From positions 1-64,000 of the IMG/VR virus record IMGVR_UViG_3300021962_000076: DNA of 64,000 nt. The stretch is one strand, 5' to 3'. The notes beneath the pieces are model-generated. The model had not been told where the DNA came from. It made no database searches and was given only the letters and a program-made list of their open reading frames with translations. Both the position numbers and the translations under genes were made by a program. This DNA comes from an uncultured virus (IMG/VR IMGVR_UViG_3300021962_000076). Taxonomy: Duplodnaviria > Heunggongvirae > Uroviricota > Caudoviricetes. Shown piece after piece: positions 30,748 through 40,556 of the stretch (positions are counted from its first letter, which is position 1; each line of letters begins with the position of its first letter).

Positions 30748-31588
30748 ATTGCGTCAAATTTTAGATAGAAAACGGGAAAATTTCCGATTATCCTTTGAGG
30801 AGGATACACACAAATACACAATGTTAGACGTTGATGGGGAGTTAAAATCGGACTTCCCATCAGTATCTAAAGTAATGAAATTATTTTATGATGAATTTCC
30901 CGCAGATAAAAAAGCTTTTGAAATGGCGGGAGGAGACCCAGATGAAACTGAAAGAATTTTAGCAGAATGGGCCGAAAAAGGAAGGATATCTACAAGCACA
31001 GGATCTAGAGTTCATTATTTTTTGGAAGAACATACCTTACAAGAATTTGATATTGATAAAGAAGTTAGACAACCAATTTTTGATTGTGATGCAGAACAAG
31101 TTGTTATTAGTGACACAATGATAACCGCTGGTAAAAGATATATTGATTTACTTAAGGAAAGGGGTTGTGTTTTACTAGATACTGAAATTGTTTTAGGTCA
31201 TCCAGAATTAGGATATACCGGACAACCTGATAAAGTTTGGGTTGTTGAAAGTGTTAATGGTGAACCAGGTCTACTAATCACAGACTGGAAAACAAATAAG
31301 GAAAAAAACTTTATAGTACAAAGATATATAAAACCAATGAGACCACCATTTGAGAACCTACCAAACAATGCCCTAGGTCACTATAAAACACAACTTCCAT
31401 TATATGGTAAGTTATTACTCAAAATGTTAGAAGGTACAAAATATGAAAATATACCATTACTAGGTTGTATCATTGTTAGGTTAACAGAAGATAGAGAATA
31501 TGTCGAATATAGAGTTGATAAATCCACAATAAATACTATACTTAATATGGATATTAAACCAATGTTGAAAAAAATAAAAAATAAATAA
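30722..31588 (+). CDS. PD-(D/E)XK (Cas4/RecB-like) exonuclease
   Basis: F.E..HKY, PSVS, GSRVH, GQPDK, TDWKT and QLPLY motifs. The ATG at 30722 is preferred over the TTG at 30683. Confidence 0.75.
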   Translation: MDLKKVANELRQILDRKRENFRLSFEEDTHKYTMLDVDGELKSDFPSVSKVMKLFYDEFPADKKAFEMAGGDPDETERILAEWAEKGRISTSTGSRVHYFLEEHTLQEFDIDKEVRQPIFDCDAEQVVISDTMITAGKRYIDLLKERGCVLLDTEIVLGHPELGYTGQPDKVWVVESVNGEPGLLITDWKTNKEKNFIVQRYIKPMRPPFENLPNNALGHYKTQLPLYGKLLLKMLEGTKYENIPLLGCIIVRLTEDREYVEYRVDKSTINTILNMDIKPMLKKIKNK

Positions 31589-31595
31589 TAATAAA

Positions 31596-31718
31596 ATGAG
31601 TGATAGACCAAAATGCGGATGTGGAAACACACAAAACCCAGAAGGTTATTGTGATGGATCACATTTAAAATTAGTAAAAGAAGAAACAAATAAAGAAAAA
31701 GAAGAAAAAAAAGATTAA
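31596..31718 (+). CDS. 40-aa CDGSH iron-sulfur (2Fe-2S) domain microprotein, not in the ORF track
   Basis: MSDRPKCGCGNTQNPEGYCDGSHLKLVKEETNKEKEEKKD; it fills the gap between neighbouring genes. Confidence 0.8.
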   Translation: MSDRPKCGCGNTQNPEGYCDGSHLKLVKEETNKEKEEKKD

Positions 31719-31721
31719 GTT

Positions 31722-31937
31722 ATGGAAGACATTATTAAACCAAGAATTGATTTAAAACAACAAGAAACTATAAAATGTGAAAAGTGTGAGTCAAAATTCT
31801 TTAAAGAAGTCACAATGCTTAAAAAGGTACCAAAATTATTAACAGGATCCCAAGAAGATACACTAGTACCATTCCCAACTTATATGTGCAATGAGTGTGG
31901 ACACGTAAATAAAGATTTTGAACTTTTTATTGATTAA
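31722..31937 (+). CDS. Small zinc-ribbon protein
   Basis: CEKC...CNECGH. Confidence 0.7.
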   Translation: MEDIIKPRIDLKQQETIKCEKCESKFFKEVTMLKKVPKLLTGSQEDTLVPFPTYMCNECGHVNKDFELFID

Positions 31938-31939
31938 AA

Positions 31940-32086
31940 ATGGAAGTTGGAAAAATGACAATAAGTGAAGCCTATAAACATTTACAACCAATTGCTAATG
32001 CATATGGTTTAAGGTTAAATAGAGTTAAAGATTTTAGATTTGCAAGACTAGTTTTAGTAAACCTCTATAATAGGGAACTAATATGA
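31940..32086 (+). CDS. Hypothetical 48-aa protein, not in the ORF track
   Basis: MEVGKMTISEAYKHLQ...YNRELI; tightly packed, with an ATGA overlap to the next ORF. Confidence 0.55.
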   Translation: MEVGKMTISEAYKHLQPIANAYGLRLNRVKDFRFARLVLVNLYNRELI

Positions 32087-32187
32087 AAAAAATATTAAAT
32101 TATATAAAAAAATGGTGGAAAAGACATATAGTTGATGTTTGTCCACCACACTTAGAGGACGATGAATTTTCCAATAAGTACAGATAA
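32083..32187 (+). CDS. Hypothetical 34-aa protein, not in the ORF track
   Basis: MKKILNYIKKWWKRHIVDVCPPHLEDDEFSNKYR; ATGA overlap with the upstream ORF. Confidence 0.45.
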   Translation: MKKILNYIKKWWKRHIVDVCPPHLEDDEFSNKYR

Positions 32188-33011
32188 TAATAAACAAATT
32201 AAAAATTAAAAAATGGGAAATTTTATTTATTCTAGGGTGACTATTGAACCTTCAGAAGCGATGGACAAAATTTGTGGTATGATTGAAAATATGCCAAAAT
32301 CCGAGTATGGAAAAGAAACAACAACAGTTGTTAAAACATTTTATACCGAAGAAGAATTAAAAAAACCATATAATAATGGTGAGGCAGAATATCCAATAAC
32401 AGATACTGGGGTAAATCACGGATGGTTATATGATAACGTTGGTACTAAATGGATTAGTGTTGGTGTTGACGATGATATTAGAATTGAGTCACCAAGTTAC
32501 ATACCTGATGGATTTCTTATTAAATTATATAGTCTATGTATAAATGAGTTTGAAAATGTTAGTGTGACCTGTAAATGGTACGATGAAACAGAAACTCAAT
32601 GTGGTACCGCTTTAGTTTGGAATGGTATTTACACTGAAGACGAGGAAACTTTAGAAGGTGAGAATATTTCTGATCCTATTTATGAGGTTATAGGTGAAGA
32701 AGATATTGACGAGATTAAAGAATGGGTTTTAAGTCAAATTAATGATAACTCATATACTAAACCAGAAGAAGTTGAGTCTATGAATGAAGAGGAACTTCGT
32801 TATCTATTTGAAGATTGGAAAAATCAGGGTAAATGGGACCACATTACTGATCGTCAACAATCTATGTATTATTCTTGTGAAGAAGCAATTGAAACTGAAG
32901 ATTTCGAGTTCCCAATATCAAAAGTTAAAAAAATCGCAAATATGAAATATGAAATGGTAACAGATTGTTATCCTTTTTAATAAACAAATTAAAAATTAAA
33001 AAAATGGGAAA
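32188..33011 (+). repeat. 33/34-bp direct repeat pair flanking ORF 32213..32980
   Basis: taataaacaaattaaaaattaaaaaa(a)tgggaaa at 32188-32220 and 32978-33011; the copies differ by one A. Confidence 0.8.
32213..32980 (+). CDS. Acidic hypothetical protein
   Basis: 255-aa Asp/Glu-rich ORF. Confidence 0.65.
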   Translation: MGNFIYSRVTIEPSEAMDKICGMIENMPKSEYGKETTTVVKTFYTEEELKKPYNNGEAEYPITDTGVNHGWLYDNVGTKWISVGVDDDIRIESPSYIPDGFLIKLYSLCINEFENVSVTCKWYDETETQCGTALVWNGIYTEDEETLEGENISDPIYEVIGEEDIDEIKEWVLSQINDNSYTKPEEVESMNEEELRYLFEDWKNQGKWDHITDRQQSMYYSCEEAIETEDFEFPISKVKKIANMKYEMVTDCYPF

Positions 33012-33204
33012 AAAACTAATATGGTTTGAGTCTTACACTGTAATCAATAAGTACTCAGCAGAATTAACGGATGAACAAGCTAAACTATTTGAAGAAGATC
33101 AAGATAGATTTTACGATGAAGTTGATTATATGGAAAACCAAGACTTAGAATGGGATAAAATTAAAAACGAAGAAATGTACGATTTTACTATTGAGGAGGA
33201 TTAA
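33004..33204 (+). CDS. Small acidic hypothetical protein
   Basis: The ATG at 33004 lies inside the second repeat copy and is preferred over the TTG at 32965. Confidence 0.6.
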   Translation: MGKKLIWFESYTVINKYSAELTDEQAKLFEEDQDRFYDEVDYMENQDLEWDKIKNEEMYDFTIEED

Positions 33205-33206
33205 TT

Positions 33207-33503
33207 ATGTTTGAAGTTATTGGTTATATCACAGTATTCGCAATTTTAGCTGGATTAATCATCCTACAATATTCTTTAATGTCTTTAGGTTTATATAAGA
33301 AAAACTTAAATAATATTGAAAACGCAATTGGGTGGATACCACTACTACCATTTATATTAATGATTGTTGTTGGATTTTCATATATCTTAATATCTATTTT
33401 TAGACAATTAAAAATGTGGTTTGAAATTAATTGGGGTTGGATTTTTATTAAAAGAAAAAAAAGATCAGTTTGGGCCGAGTACATAAGAAAAAAATATAAA
33501 TAA
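33207..33503 (+). CDS. Membrane protein (2 TM)
   Basis: Two hydrophobic helices and a basic tail. Confidence 0.55.
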   Translation: MFEVIGYITVFAILAGLIILQYSLMSLGLYKKNLNNIENAIGWIPLLPFILMIVVGFSYILISIFRQLKMWFEINWGWIFIKRKKRSVWAEYIRKKYK

Positions 33504-33504
33504 A

Positions 33505-33723
33505 ATGTTAAGTTATAAAGAATTTTATATTTGGTTAGAAGGATATCTATATGGAAAGTTGGAAAACAAAAATATAGATATCACACCTATTGTGGAAAAA
33601 ATGGGACAAGTAAAGGAAGATAAAGTGGTAAACACCCAAAGACCAATGAATATTCCAATGCCTATAAACCCATTTAAGTTTGAAGATGATGATTTAGGAA
33701 AACCACCAAAAATAGTAATGTAA
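33505..33723 (+). CDS. Hypothetical protein
   Basis: 72-aa ORF with an FYIWLEGY N-terminus; coupled to the next gene. Confidence 0.6.
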   Translation: MLSYKEFYIWLEGYLYGKLENKNIDITPIVEKMGQVKEDKVVNTQRPMNIPMPINPFKFEDDDLGKPPKIVM

Positions 33724-34502
33724 TGATTAAAACCTTAGTTCACTTTTCAGATTTACATATTAGACTATTCAAAGATCACGACCTTTATAGGTCAATTATG
33801 GATAATGCAATTACTCAATGGAAAGAGATTAAACCAGACCGTATTGTGTTTACAGGTGATTTAGTGCACTCAAAAAACCAAATGACACCAGAGTTAATCG
33901 AAATTGTTTCATGGTTATTAGTTGAATGTTCAAAAATAACAAAAACAATAGTAATACCAGGAAACCACGATGCTGTAATAAATAACTTAGATAGATTAGA
34001 CGCACTAACACCAATAATTAATTCTTTAGATAATAACAATATTGTCTATTACAAAGATAGAGGGGTATATGAAGACGAAAATATAAGTTGGTGTGTATAT
34101 TCACAATTCCAAGCTAATATTCCACCAGACTTAAATGTCGCAACCGGGATTAAAATTGGTTTATTTCATGGGCCAATACAAGGAATGAAAACAGATCTTG
34201 GTTATGACTTTGGTGATCACGCTTATGATATTGAGAAGTTTGATGGGTTAGATGTTGTTCTTTGTGGTGACATACATAAAAGACAAGAGTTTAATATAAA
34301 AAATGGAAAAGGTTATATGATTGGATCAACAATACAACAAAATATTGGAGAAGCTATTGAAAGACATGGATATGGTATATACGATGTTGAAACAAAAGAA
34401 TATAATTATGTTGATTTGTTTAATCCTAAACCATTTTTAAAATTTGAAATCAAATCTTTTGATGACATAATAAATGGTACTGAAAAACTTAAAAACATTT
34501 AA
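33723..34502 (+). CDS. sbcD: SbcD/Mre11 (T4 gp47-like) metallophosphoesterase nuclease domain
   Basis: HFSDLH, TGDLVH, PGNHD, FHG and GDIH motifs. Confidence 0.85.
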   Translation: MIKTLVHFSDLHIRLFKDHDLYRSIMDNAITQWKEIKPDRIVFTGDLVHSKNQMTPELIEIVSWLLVECSKITKTIVIPGNHDAVINNLDRLDALTPIINSLDNNNIVYYKDRGVYEDENISWCVYSQFQANIPPDLNVATGIKIGLFHGPIQGMKTDLGYDFGDHAYDIEKFDGLDVVLCGDIHKRQEFNIKNGKGYMIGSTIQQNIGEAIERHGYGIYDVETKEYNYVDLFNPKPFLKFEIKSFDDIINGTEKLKNI

Positions 34503-35164
34503 TGGAATTACCTAAAGATTTAAAAGACAAAATTTGGAATTATTGTCGTTTAAATGATATTACTGATTTGAATGATTTTATGATTAAAACACTTAAAAAA
34601 GGTTTTGATATCGAAGTCTATGGACTTTTAGGTGAAACTAATAATGATGGTGAAAACTTGGTTGAAAAGGAGATAATAGTTGAAAAACGAGTGGAAATCC
34701 CGGTCGAAGTAATCAAAGAAGTTGAAAAAGTGGTAGAAGTTATCAAAGAGATACCAGTTGATAGGGTGGTTGAAAAAGAAATTTATATCACAGATGACAA
34801 CCAAATAAATGAACTAGTTGGAAAGGTCAGTAATCTAGAGGAAAATATTTTCCAGTTAAATCAAGAAATTGAATCGGAACGTAAAATTTTTTCCACTAAG
34901 GTAGAAGAGATGGAAATTTTTTTCCAAAAAGAAATGTCTAAAAAGAATGAAGAATTAGACGAACTTAGACAAAGTTTAGACATTAAGTTAGACGATAACA
35001 AAGAAAAAATGCTACAGGATACACTACAAAAACTAAGAAAAGAACTATTAGATAAGAATAAAAAAATAGAAGAATTACAAAACATAAACAAAGATTTACA
35101 ATTATTAAACACACAGAAAAAAGGGTTTTATATGCGTGGATCAAATTTAAATGATACATTATGA
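34502..35164 (+). CDS. Coiled-coil protein with V/I-E/K-P repeats
   Basis: VEKRVEIPVEVIKEVEKVVEVIKEIPVDRVVEKE followed by a heptad-rich region. Confidence 0.6.
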   Translation: MELPKDLKDKIWNYCRLNDITDLNDFMIKTLKKGFDIEVYGLLGETNNDGENLVEKEIIVEKRVEIPVEVIKEVEKVVEVIKEIPVDRVVEKEIYITDDNQINELVGKVSNLEENIFQLNQEIESERKIFSTKVEEMEIFFQKEMSKKNEELDELRQSLDIKLDDNKEKMLQDTLQKLRKELLDKNKKIEELQNINKDLQLLNTQKKGFYMRGSNLNDTL

Positions 35165-35511
35165 CACAATTATTAATTTTTATTTTAGCCGCCTATGGGA
35201 TGACAACTATACTAGTATATGGGTCAATATTTAATAACCTTAGAGAATCTATACATAGATGGGGTAATAGTGACTATATGGCTTTTAATGGTCTTGGTAA
35301 ATTCCTATCAGGTCTTATTTCTTGTGTGTTATGCACCTCAGCATGGGTTGGATTCTTTTTTTCTTTAACAATGTTTTCACCAATACATCATTTTATTGGA
35401 CTTAATGAATGTTTTTCAGTATTCTTTGATGGAATGCTATCAGCAGGTTCCGTATGGGCAATAAATGGAATAATTGAATGGTTTGAAGAAAATAGACCAA
35501 GTAGTAATTAA
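35161..35511 (+). CDS. Membrane protein (DUF1360-like)
   Basis: Hydrophobic helices with LISCVLCTSAWVG. Confidence 0.6.
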   Translation: MTQLLIFILAAYGMTTILVYGSIFNNLRESIHRWGNSDYMAFNGLGKFLSGLISCVLCTSAWVGFFFSLTMFSPIHHFIGLNECFSVFFDGMLSAGSVWAINGIIEWFEENRPSSN

Positions 35512-35530
35512 TTAACAAAAATAAATAAAA

Positions 35531-35935
35531 ATGGGAAAAAAAGCAAAAGAACATAGAAAAAAAGTCGCTAAAAGAAATCAAAGAATTTCACAACAAAGGT
35601 ATTCAGCACAAAACGCATTAACAAAAATGATGGAGCAAATGGCAAAAATGCAAGATAGTGAAAATTTAAACGTTAATGCTGGAGGTAAAGAGGTACCATT
35701 TGAATTTGTTGCAGAACCTGAATCTTCTGGAATAAAAGGATTTGAACTTAGCGATGAACCAGTAGTTAAACACGATGGAATGACATATAATCCAGAAAAT
35801 CCAATTGAAACACTAAAAGTAGATGAGGTTGAACCAGAATTTGATAGTGCTGGATTTAGTATTGAAGATAGAGAGATTGATATTGACATTGATATGCCAG
35901 GTGAGTTTGTTAAAGTTAAAGATAGTAATGACTAA
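35531..35935 (+). CDS. Hypothetical protein
   Basis: Basic N-terminus and acidic C-terminus. Confidence 0.6.
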   Translation: MGKKAKEHRKKVAKRNQRISQQRYSAQNALTKMMEQMAKMQDSENLNVNAGGKEVPFEFVAEPESSGIKGFELSDEPVVKHDGMTYNPENPIETLKVDEVEPEFDSAGFSIEDREIDIDIDMPGEFVKVKDSND

Positions 35936-35943
35936 TAGTTCTT

Positions 35944-38316
35944 ATGGATTTATTCAATCCACCAAAACCATTCAATTACAAGATTATGATAAAAGATTTG
36001 GACTTTTCAAAATTTGATAACCCAACAATACAAGTTGTATGGGAAGACCAACAAGAAAATTTCACACAAGATAAGATTAAAAGTGTTAAACACTACTTTC
36101 AAAAAAAGTATAACACTACTAACGTTAACATACTAACAAAGGTTAAAAACGTTGATCAAGAAACTGAACAAACAATAGATGTTTCATTAAATGTAACTGA
36201 CACTAACTATCAAACCAATTTACTTAAATCACATTTAAAAAATGTTGGTAATGAAGAATATCTAGAAAAAGTATTAGAGTTAAATCAAATTGTTGAGAAC
36301 AAAATGCAAGAAAACAATGTTGATACCACACAATTTAAAAAGTGGTATATTAGAAACATTGAGTTTTCTAACTTTTTATCTTATGGTGAAAATCAAAGAT
36401 TAGATTTTGACAAAATAGATGGTCTAATTGTTGTTGAATCAAACCCACCAAACTTTGGCGGTAAAACAGTTTTAACTGTCGACTTACTAATGTTTTTATT
36501 TTTTAATGAAACAACAAAGACATCAAAAGCCGAAGAAGTTTTTAATAGGTTTAGTAATAGAGATGAAGTTAATGTTAAAGGTGAAATTACTATTGATGGT
36601 GAGGACTATATCATAATTAGAAAAATTGAAAGAAAGAAGACTAAAAAAGGTGATTGGAATGTAAAAACAGAATTAGACTTCTTTAAAAAACTATCCGATG
36701 GTAGTCTACAAAACTTTACAGGAGAACAAAGACGAGAAACTGAAGCCTTTATTAAGAACTCAATTGGTACAAAAGAAGACTTCTTAATGACAATTCTAAC
36801 GACAGCCACAAATCTAGAAGAATTATTAGAATCAAAACCAACAGCTAGAGGACAGATCTTATCTAGATTTATGGGATTAGAGTTTTTAAAAACTAAAGAA
36901 GAAACCGGAAAAGAAATATATTCAGAATTTAATAAATCAAAACTATCAAATTTATATAATTCAGAAGAATTAAAAAATGGAATTGAAGACTATAAAAACG
37001 ACATCATAGATTATGAAACAATAATCAAAGAATGCGAAGACGACTTACTTGAGATTGAAAATAATATCAAAAAAGGTAAATCGTATAGGGATGAAATGTT
37101 GAGTAAAAAACATATGGATATTGACAATGAAATATTAACATTAAATCCTGAAAAAACAAAAGAAAAAATCATAGAGTTAAATGGTGAAAAAGAAACCATT
37201 GTTACCAAACTAAAAGATTTAAACGTAATTGAACCATCCAAGTATTATCACGAAGATAAACACGATGAGGTTAAAGAGGAATATAGTACATTAAACAAAG
37301 AACTAATTCAACTAGAAACAAAGATTGAGGACATTGAAAACCTAAAGTCATCAGTTGAAGGTGGAATTAAATGTGAACATTGCGGAATTGAGCTTATGAA
37401 CGCAGCAATTACAAATGCAAAAATTGCCGAACTTGATGGTTTTATCCTTCATAAAGGTAAGATAATTAAGTTAATGAGTGATTTATCCAACAAAGAACAA
37501 ATATTTGTTAAGTTAAAAAAGGAGTTTGATGAGTATGAAAAAAATAAACTCATTAAAGAAAAGTACGACTTGAGTATTGAAGGATATAATCTTAAAATTG
37601 AAAATCTAGAAACAAAATTAAAGAGATGGAACGAAATCCAGGATAAGGTCGTTACAAATAAAAAGATTGACGAAATGTTAATCAAAGCCGACTTAAGATT
37701 AGATGAATTAGACTCTTTAAAAACGACTAACAACACAAAGATTGCGACTAACAAAAAGAATATTGAAAATACACACGAAAAAATTAAAAACAACGAAAAT
37801 CTTATAACAAAGATTAAAGATGAGGATGATAAAGATAGAATATATAAAATATATCTAGAACTTTATGGTAAGAATGGTATTTCTAAAACTATAATGAAAA
37901 CTATGATGCCATTAATTAATTCAGAACTACAAAGATTAATGGAGGATAGTTCATATTTTAAACTCGAAATAAGAATTAGTGAAAAAAATGAGGTTGAGTT
38001 TATTATGATTGATAATGGTACTGGTATTGAAAAATTAATGATATCAGGATCTGGTTATGAAAAAACAATTGCATCACTAGCACTAAGAGCTGTATTAAGT
38101 AAAGTATGTTCACTACCAAAGCCAAACGTTGTTGTTTTTGATGAGGTTTTTGGTAAAATCTCAAATGAGAACTTAGAAATGGTCGCAGAGTTTTTTATTA
38201 AGATTAAAGAATACTTTGACAAAATATTTATAATAACACACAATCCAATTGTTAATCAATGGGCTGACTATGTTGTTAAGATTACTAAAGAAAATAATAT
38301 ATCAAAAATTGTATAA
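35944..38316 (+). CDS. sbcC: SbcC/Rad50 (T4 gp46-like) ATPase with an N-terminal extension
   Basis: IEFSNFLSYG, Walker A-like FGGKT, zinc hook CEHC, signature-like SGYEK, Walker B VVFDEVFG, IITH. Confidence 0.88.
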   Translation: MDLFNPPKPFNYKIMIKDLDFSKFDNPTIQVVWEDQQENFTQDKIKSVKHYFQKKYNTTNVNILTKVKNVDQETEQTIDVSLNVTDTNYQTNLLKSHLKNVGNEEYLEKVLELNQIVENKMQENNVDTTQFKKWYIRNIEFSNFLSYGENQRLDFDKIDGLIVVESNPPNFGGKTVLTVDLLMFLFFNETTKTSKAEEVFNRFSNRDEVNVKGEITIDGEDYIIIRKIERKKTKKGDWNVKTELDFFKKLSDGSLQNFTGEQRRETEAFIKNSIGTKEDFLMTILTTATNLEELLESKPTARGQILSRFMGLEFLKTKEETGKEIYSEFNKSKLSNLYNSEELKNGIEDYKNDIIDYETIIKECEDDLLEIENNIKKGKSYRDEMLSKKHMDIDNEILTLNPEKTKEKIIELNGEKETIVTKLKDLNVIEPSKYYHEDKHDEVKEEYSTLNKELIQLETKIEDIENLKSSVEGGIKCEHCGIELMNAAITNAKIAELDGFILHKGKIIKLMSDLSNKEQIFVKLKKEFDEYEKNKLIKEKYDLSIEGYNLKIENLETKLKRWNEIQDKVVTNKKIDEMLIKADLRLDELDSLKTTNNTKIATNKKNIENTHEKIKNNENLITKIKDEDDKDRIYKIYLELYGKNGISKTIMKTMMPLINSELQRLMEDSSYFKLEIRISEKNEVEFIMIDNGTGIEKLMISGSGYEKTIASLALRAVLSKVCSLPKPNVVVFDEVFGKISNENLEMVAEFFIKIKEYFDKIFIITHNPIVNQWADYVVKITKENNISKIV

Positions 38317-38366
38317 TAATTTTTTTTTAAGAAAGATTATTTTATATATTTGTAAAAAATAAATCT

Positions 38367-38894
38367 ATGAAATACTTACTTTTTATTTACCCATGTGATA
38401 ATACTTGGGACAAAGACGAACACAACAAGATTGTCGCAACAGAGATATCAACAGTGATTGAATCAGTTGAGGTTAAATTCATTTTTGGTGAAAACCATTC
38501 AATATTTCATTTTAATAGTGGACTATCATATTCTGAATTGGAAATTTTTGTTGAGCTATTAAAAGATGATGTCCCAGAATTTATGTACTTTATCGTTGAA
38601 GATGCAAAAAATGTTGCGTCAAATATGGATAAAAATCATTTAACTTATTTAATGGATTTAGAGGTCAAGCCAAAAAAGAAGAATAGAATTAAAGATATAT
38701 TTAAAAATAATCAAGACATCTTTAGTTTTTATAATTTAACTAAAATAATAAACAATGATCAGTATAATTTCTTAAAAGAGGAGACCTGTGATTTGACTAT
38801 TGATGAAATTTTAGATAAAATTATAGAACAAGGTATTGACTCTTTGACAAAACTAGAAAAATTGAAATTAGATGAATATTCAAAAGAACAATAA
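38367..38894 (+). CDS. Hypothetical protein
   Basis: 175 aa with a C-terminal TIDEILDKI..G..SLT motif; tatatttg at 38345 upstream. Confidence 0.6.
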   Translation: MKYLLFIYPCDNTWDKDEHNKIVATEISTVIESVEVKFIFGENHSIFHFNSGLSYSELEIFVELLKDDVPEFMYFIVEDAKNVASNMDKNHLTYLMDLEVKPKKKNRIKDIFKNNQDIFSFYNLTKIINNDQYNFLKEETCDLTIDEILDKIIEQGIDSLTKLEKLKLDEYSKEQ

Positions 38895-38895
38895 T

Positions 38896-39696
38896 ATGAA
38901 GGAAAAAAATAGTGGAGCACCAATAAACCAAGAAGAGATTTACCATTACCTAAAAGATATTAGGGGTATTAAGGTTATGACACCTGAAAGAGAAAAGGAG
39001 TTGGCAACTATTATGAAATCAGCTGACACAAGTCAGAGAGAACGTGATAGGATTGAAAGAGAATTACTTGAGGGTAATTTAAGGTTTGTAATTACTGTTG
39101 CAAAAAAATATCAAAACCAAGGTTTAGATCTTTCTGATTTAATTGCAGAAGGTAATTTAGGACTTATGAAGGCAATCAAAAACTTTGATTGGAGTAAAGA
39201 CCTAAGATTTATTTCTTATGCTGTTTGGTGGGTTAAACAGTCAATTCTACAATCATTAAATGATAACTCTAGAACAATTAGACTTCCAGTTAATGTAATC
39301 CAAGATTTACATAAAGCAAAAAAAGAAGTCGAGCAAAGTGGTAATAAATTAGATGATAGATTTGCTGAACTACCATCGATTATTAATCTAGATATGAACA
39401 TTAACGATGAGGGTGACACCCTAATTGATATCATTAGAAACAATGAAGCTGAATCACCCGATGCTGCATTTGATACTAAAGATATTTTAAAAACTAAATT
39501 AATTTCACTTTTAGATAATTTAGATAATAGAGAAAAATCAATTGTTGGTGATTACTTTGGTCTAACAGGAACACCAAGAACTTTGGAAGATATTGGCTCT
39601 GACTTTAATTTAACAAAGGAAAGGGTTAGACAAATAAAAGAAAAAGCATTAAGACGATTACGTAATGAATCATCTGAATTATTTGATTATTTATAG
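38896..39696 (+). CDS. RNA polymerase sigma-70 factor, Bacteroidota primary-sigma-like (no region 1.1)
   Basis: NLRFVITVAKKYQNQGL..DLIAEGNLGL, FISYAVWWVKQSILQ, RTIRLP and region 4.2 LTKERVRQIKEKAL. Confidence 0.92.
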   Translation: MKEKNSGAPINQEEIYHYLKDIRGIKVMTPEREKELATIMKSADTSQRERDRIERELLEGNLRFVITVAKKYQNQGLDLSDLIAEGNLGLMKAIKNFDWSKDLRFISYAVWWVKQSILQSLNDNSRTIRLPVNVIQDLHKAKKEVEQSGNKLDDRFAELPSIINLDMNINDEGDTLIDIIRNNEAESPDAAFDTKDILKTKLISLLDNLDNREKSIVGDYFGLTGTPRTLEDIGSDFNLTKERVRQIKEKALRRLRNESSELFDYL

Positions 39697-39699
39697 TAT

Positions 39700-40551
39700 A
39701 TGAATGTATTAAGTTTATTTGACGGAATTAGCTGTGGACAGATAGCACTAGAAAGGTGTGGTATTGATTATGAAAATTACTTTGCATCAGAAATTGATAA
39801 GTATGCAATCCAAATCACACAAAAGAATTATCCTAACACAACCCAACTAGGGGATATTACAAACCTAAAGACAAGTGATTTACCAAAGATAGATATTGTT
39901 TTTGGTGGATCTCCTTGTCAATCATTTAGTAATCTAGGTAATGGAAAAGGATTTGATGGTAAGAGTGGTTTATTTTGGGAATATGTTAGAGTTTTAAACG
40001 AACTAAAAGAAACAAATCCAGATATTTTATTTCTTTTAGAAAATGTTAAAATGAAAAAAGAGTGGCAAGATATTATATCAGAAGCTTTAGGTGTTAAACC
40101 AATTGAGATTAATAGTAGATTAGTTTCAGCACAAAATAGGCCAAGACTATATTGGACCAATATCCCAAACATAACACAACCAAAAAATAAAAAACTAAAA
40201 CTAAAAGATGTTTTAGAAAAAAATGTCGATAACAAGTTTTATTTATCTGAAGCTGCAGTTAATAGAATTACCGCAAGCAAATTTGGTAGAGAGTTCGCAA
40301 CTATTGATACAGAAAAAACTAGAACTCTCACAGCGGGATATTATAAGATTCCCTCGGATGGTGCGTACTTTAGTGAAGGCGAAAGAAAAAGAAAGTATAC
40401 CCCAAAAGAGTTTGAAAGATTACAAACACTACCAGAGGATTATACAAAAGATTTAAGTAACTCACAGAGATACAAAACAATTGGAAATGGATGGACTGTT
40501 GATGTGATTTCTCATATATTTTCACATATCCCTGTGAAAGTAATAGTATAA
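39700..40551 (+). CDS. C5 cytosine DNA methyltransferase 1
   Basis: VLSLFDG, GGSPCQ, LENV, QNRPRLYW and GNGW motifs. Confidence 0.93.
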   Translation: MNVLSLFDGISCGQIALERCGIDYENYFASEIDKYAIQITQKNYPNTTQLGDITNLKTSDLPKIDIVFGGSPCQSFSNLGNGKGFDGKSGLFWEYVRVLNELKETNPDILFLLENVKMKKEWQDIISEALGVKPIEINSRLVSAQNRPRLYWTNIPNITQPKNKKLKLKDVLEKNVDNKFYLSEAAVNRITASKFGREFATIDTEKTRTLTAGYYKIPSDGAYFSEGERKRKYTPKEFERLQTLPEDYTKDLSNSQRYKTIGNGWTVDVISHIFSHIPVKVIV

Positions 40552-40556
40552 AAATT

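Noticed and set aside
30722..31588. Cas4-like nuclease as part of a CRISPR system
   Set aside because: No repeat-spacer array or other cas genes are visible; a stand-alone phage exonuclease beside primase is ordinary.
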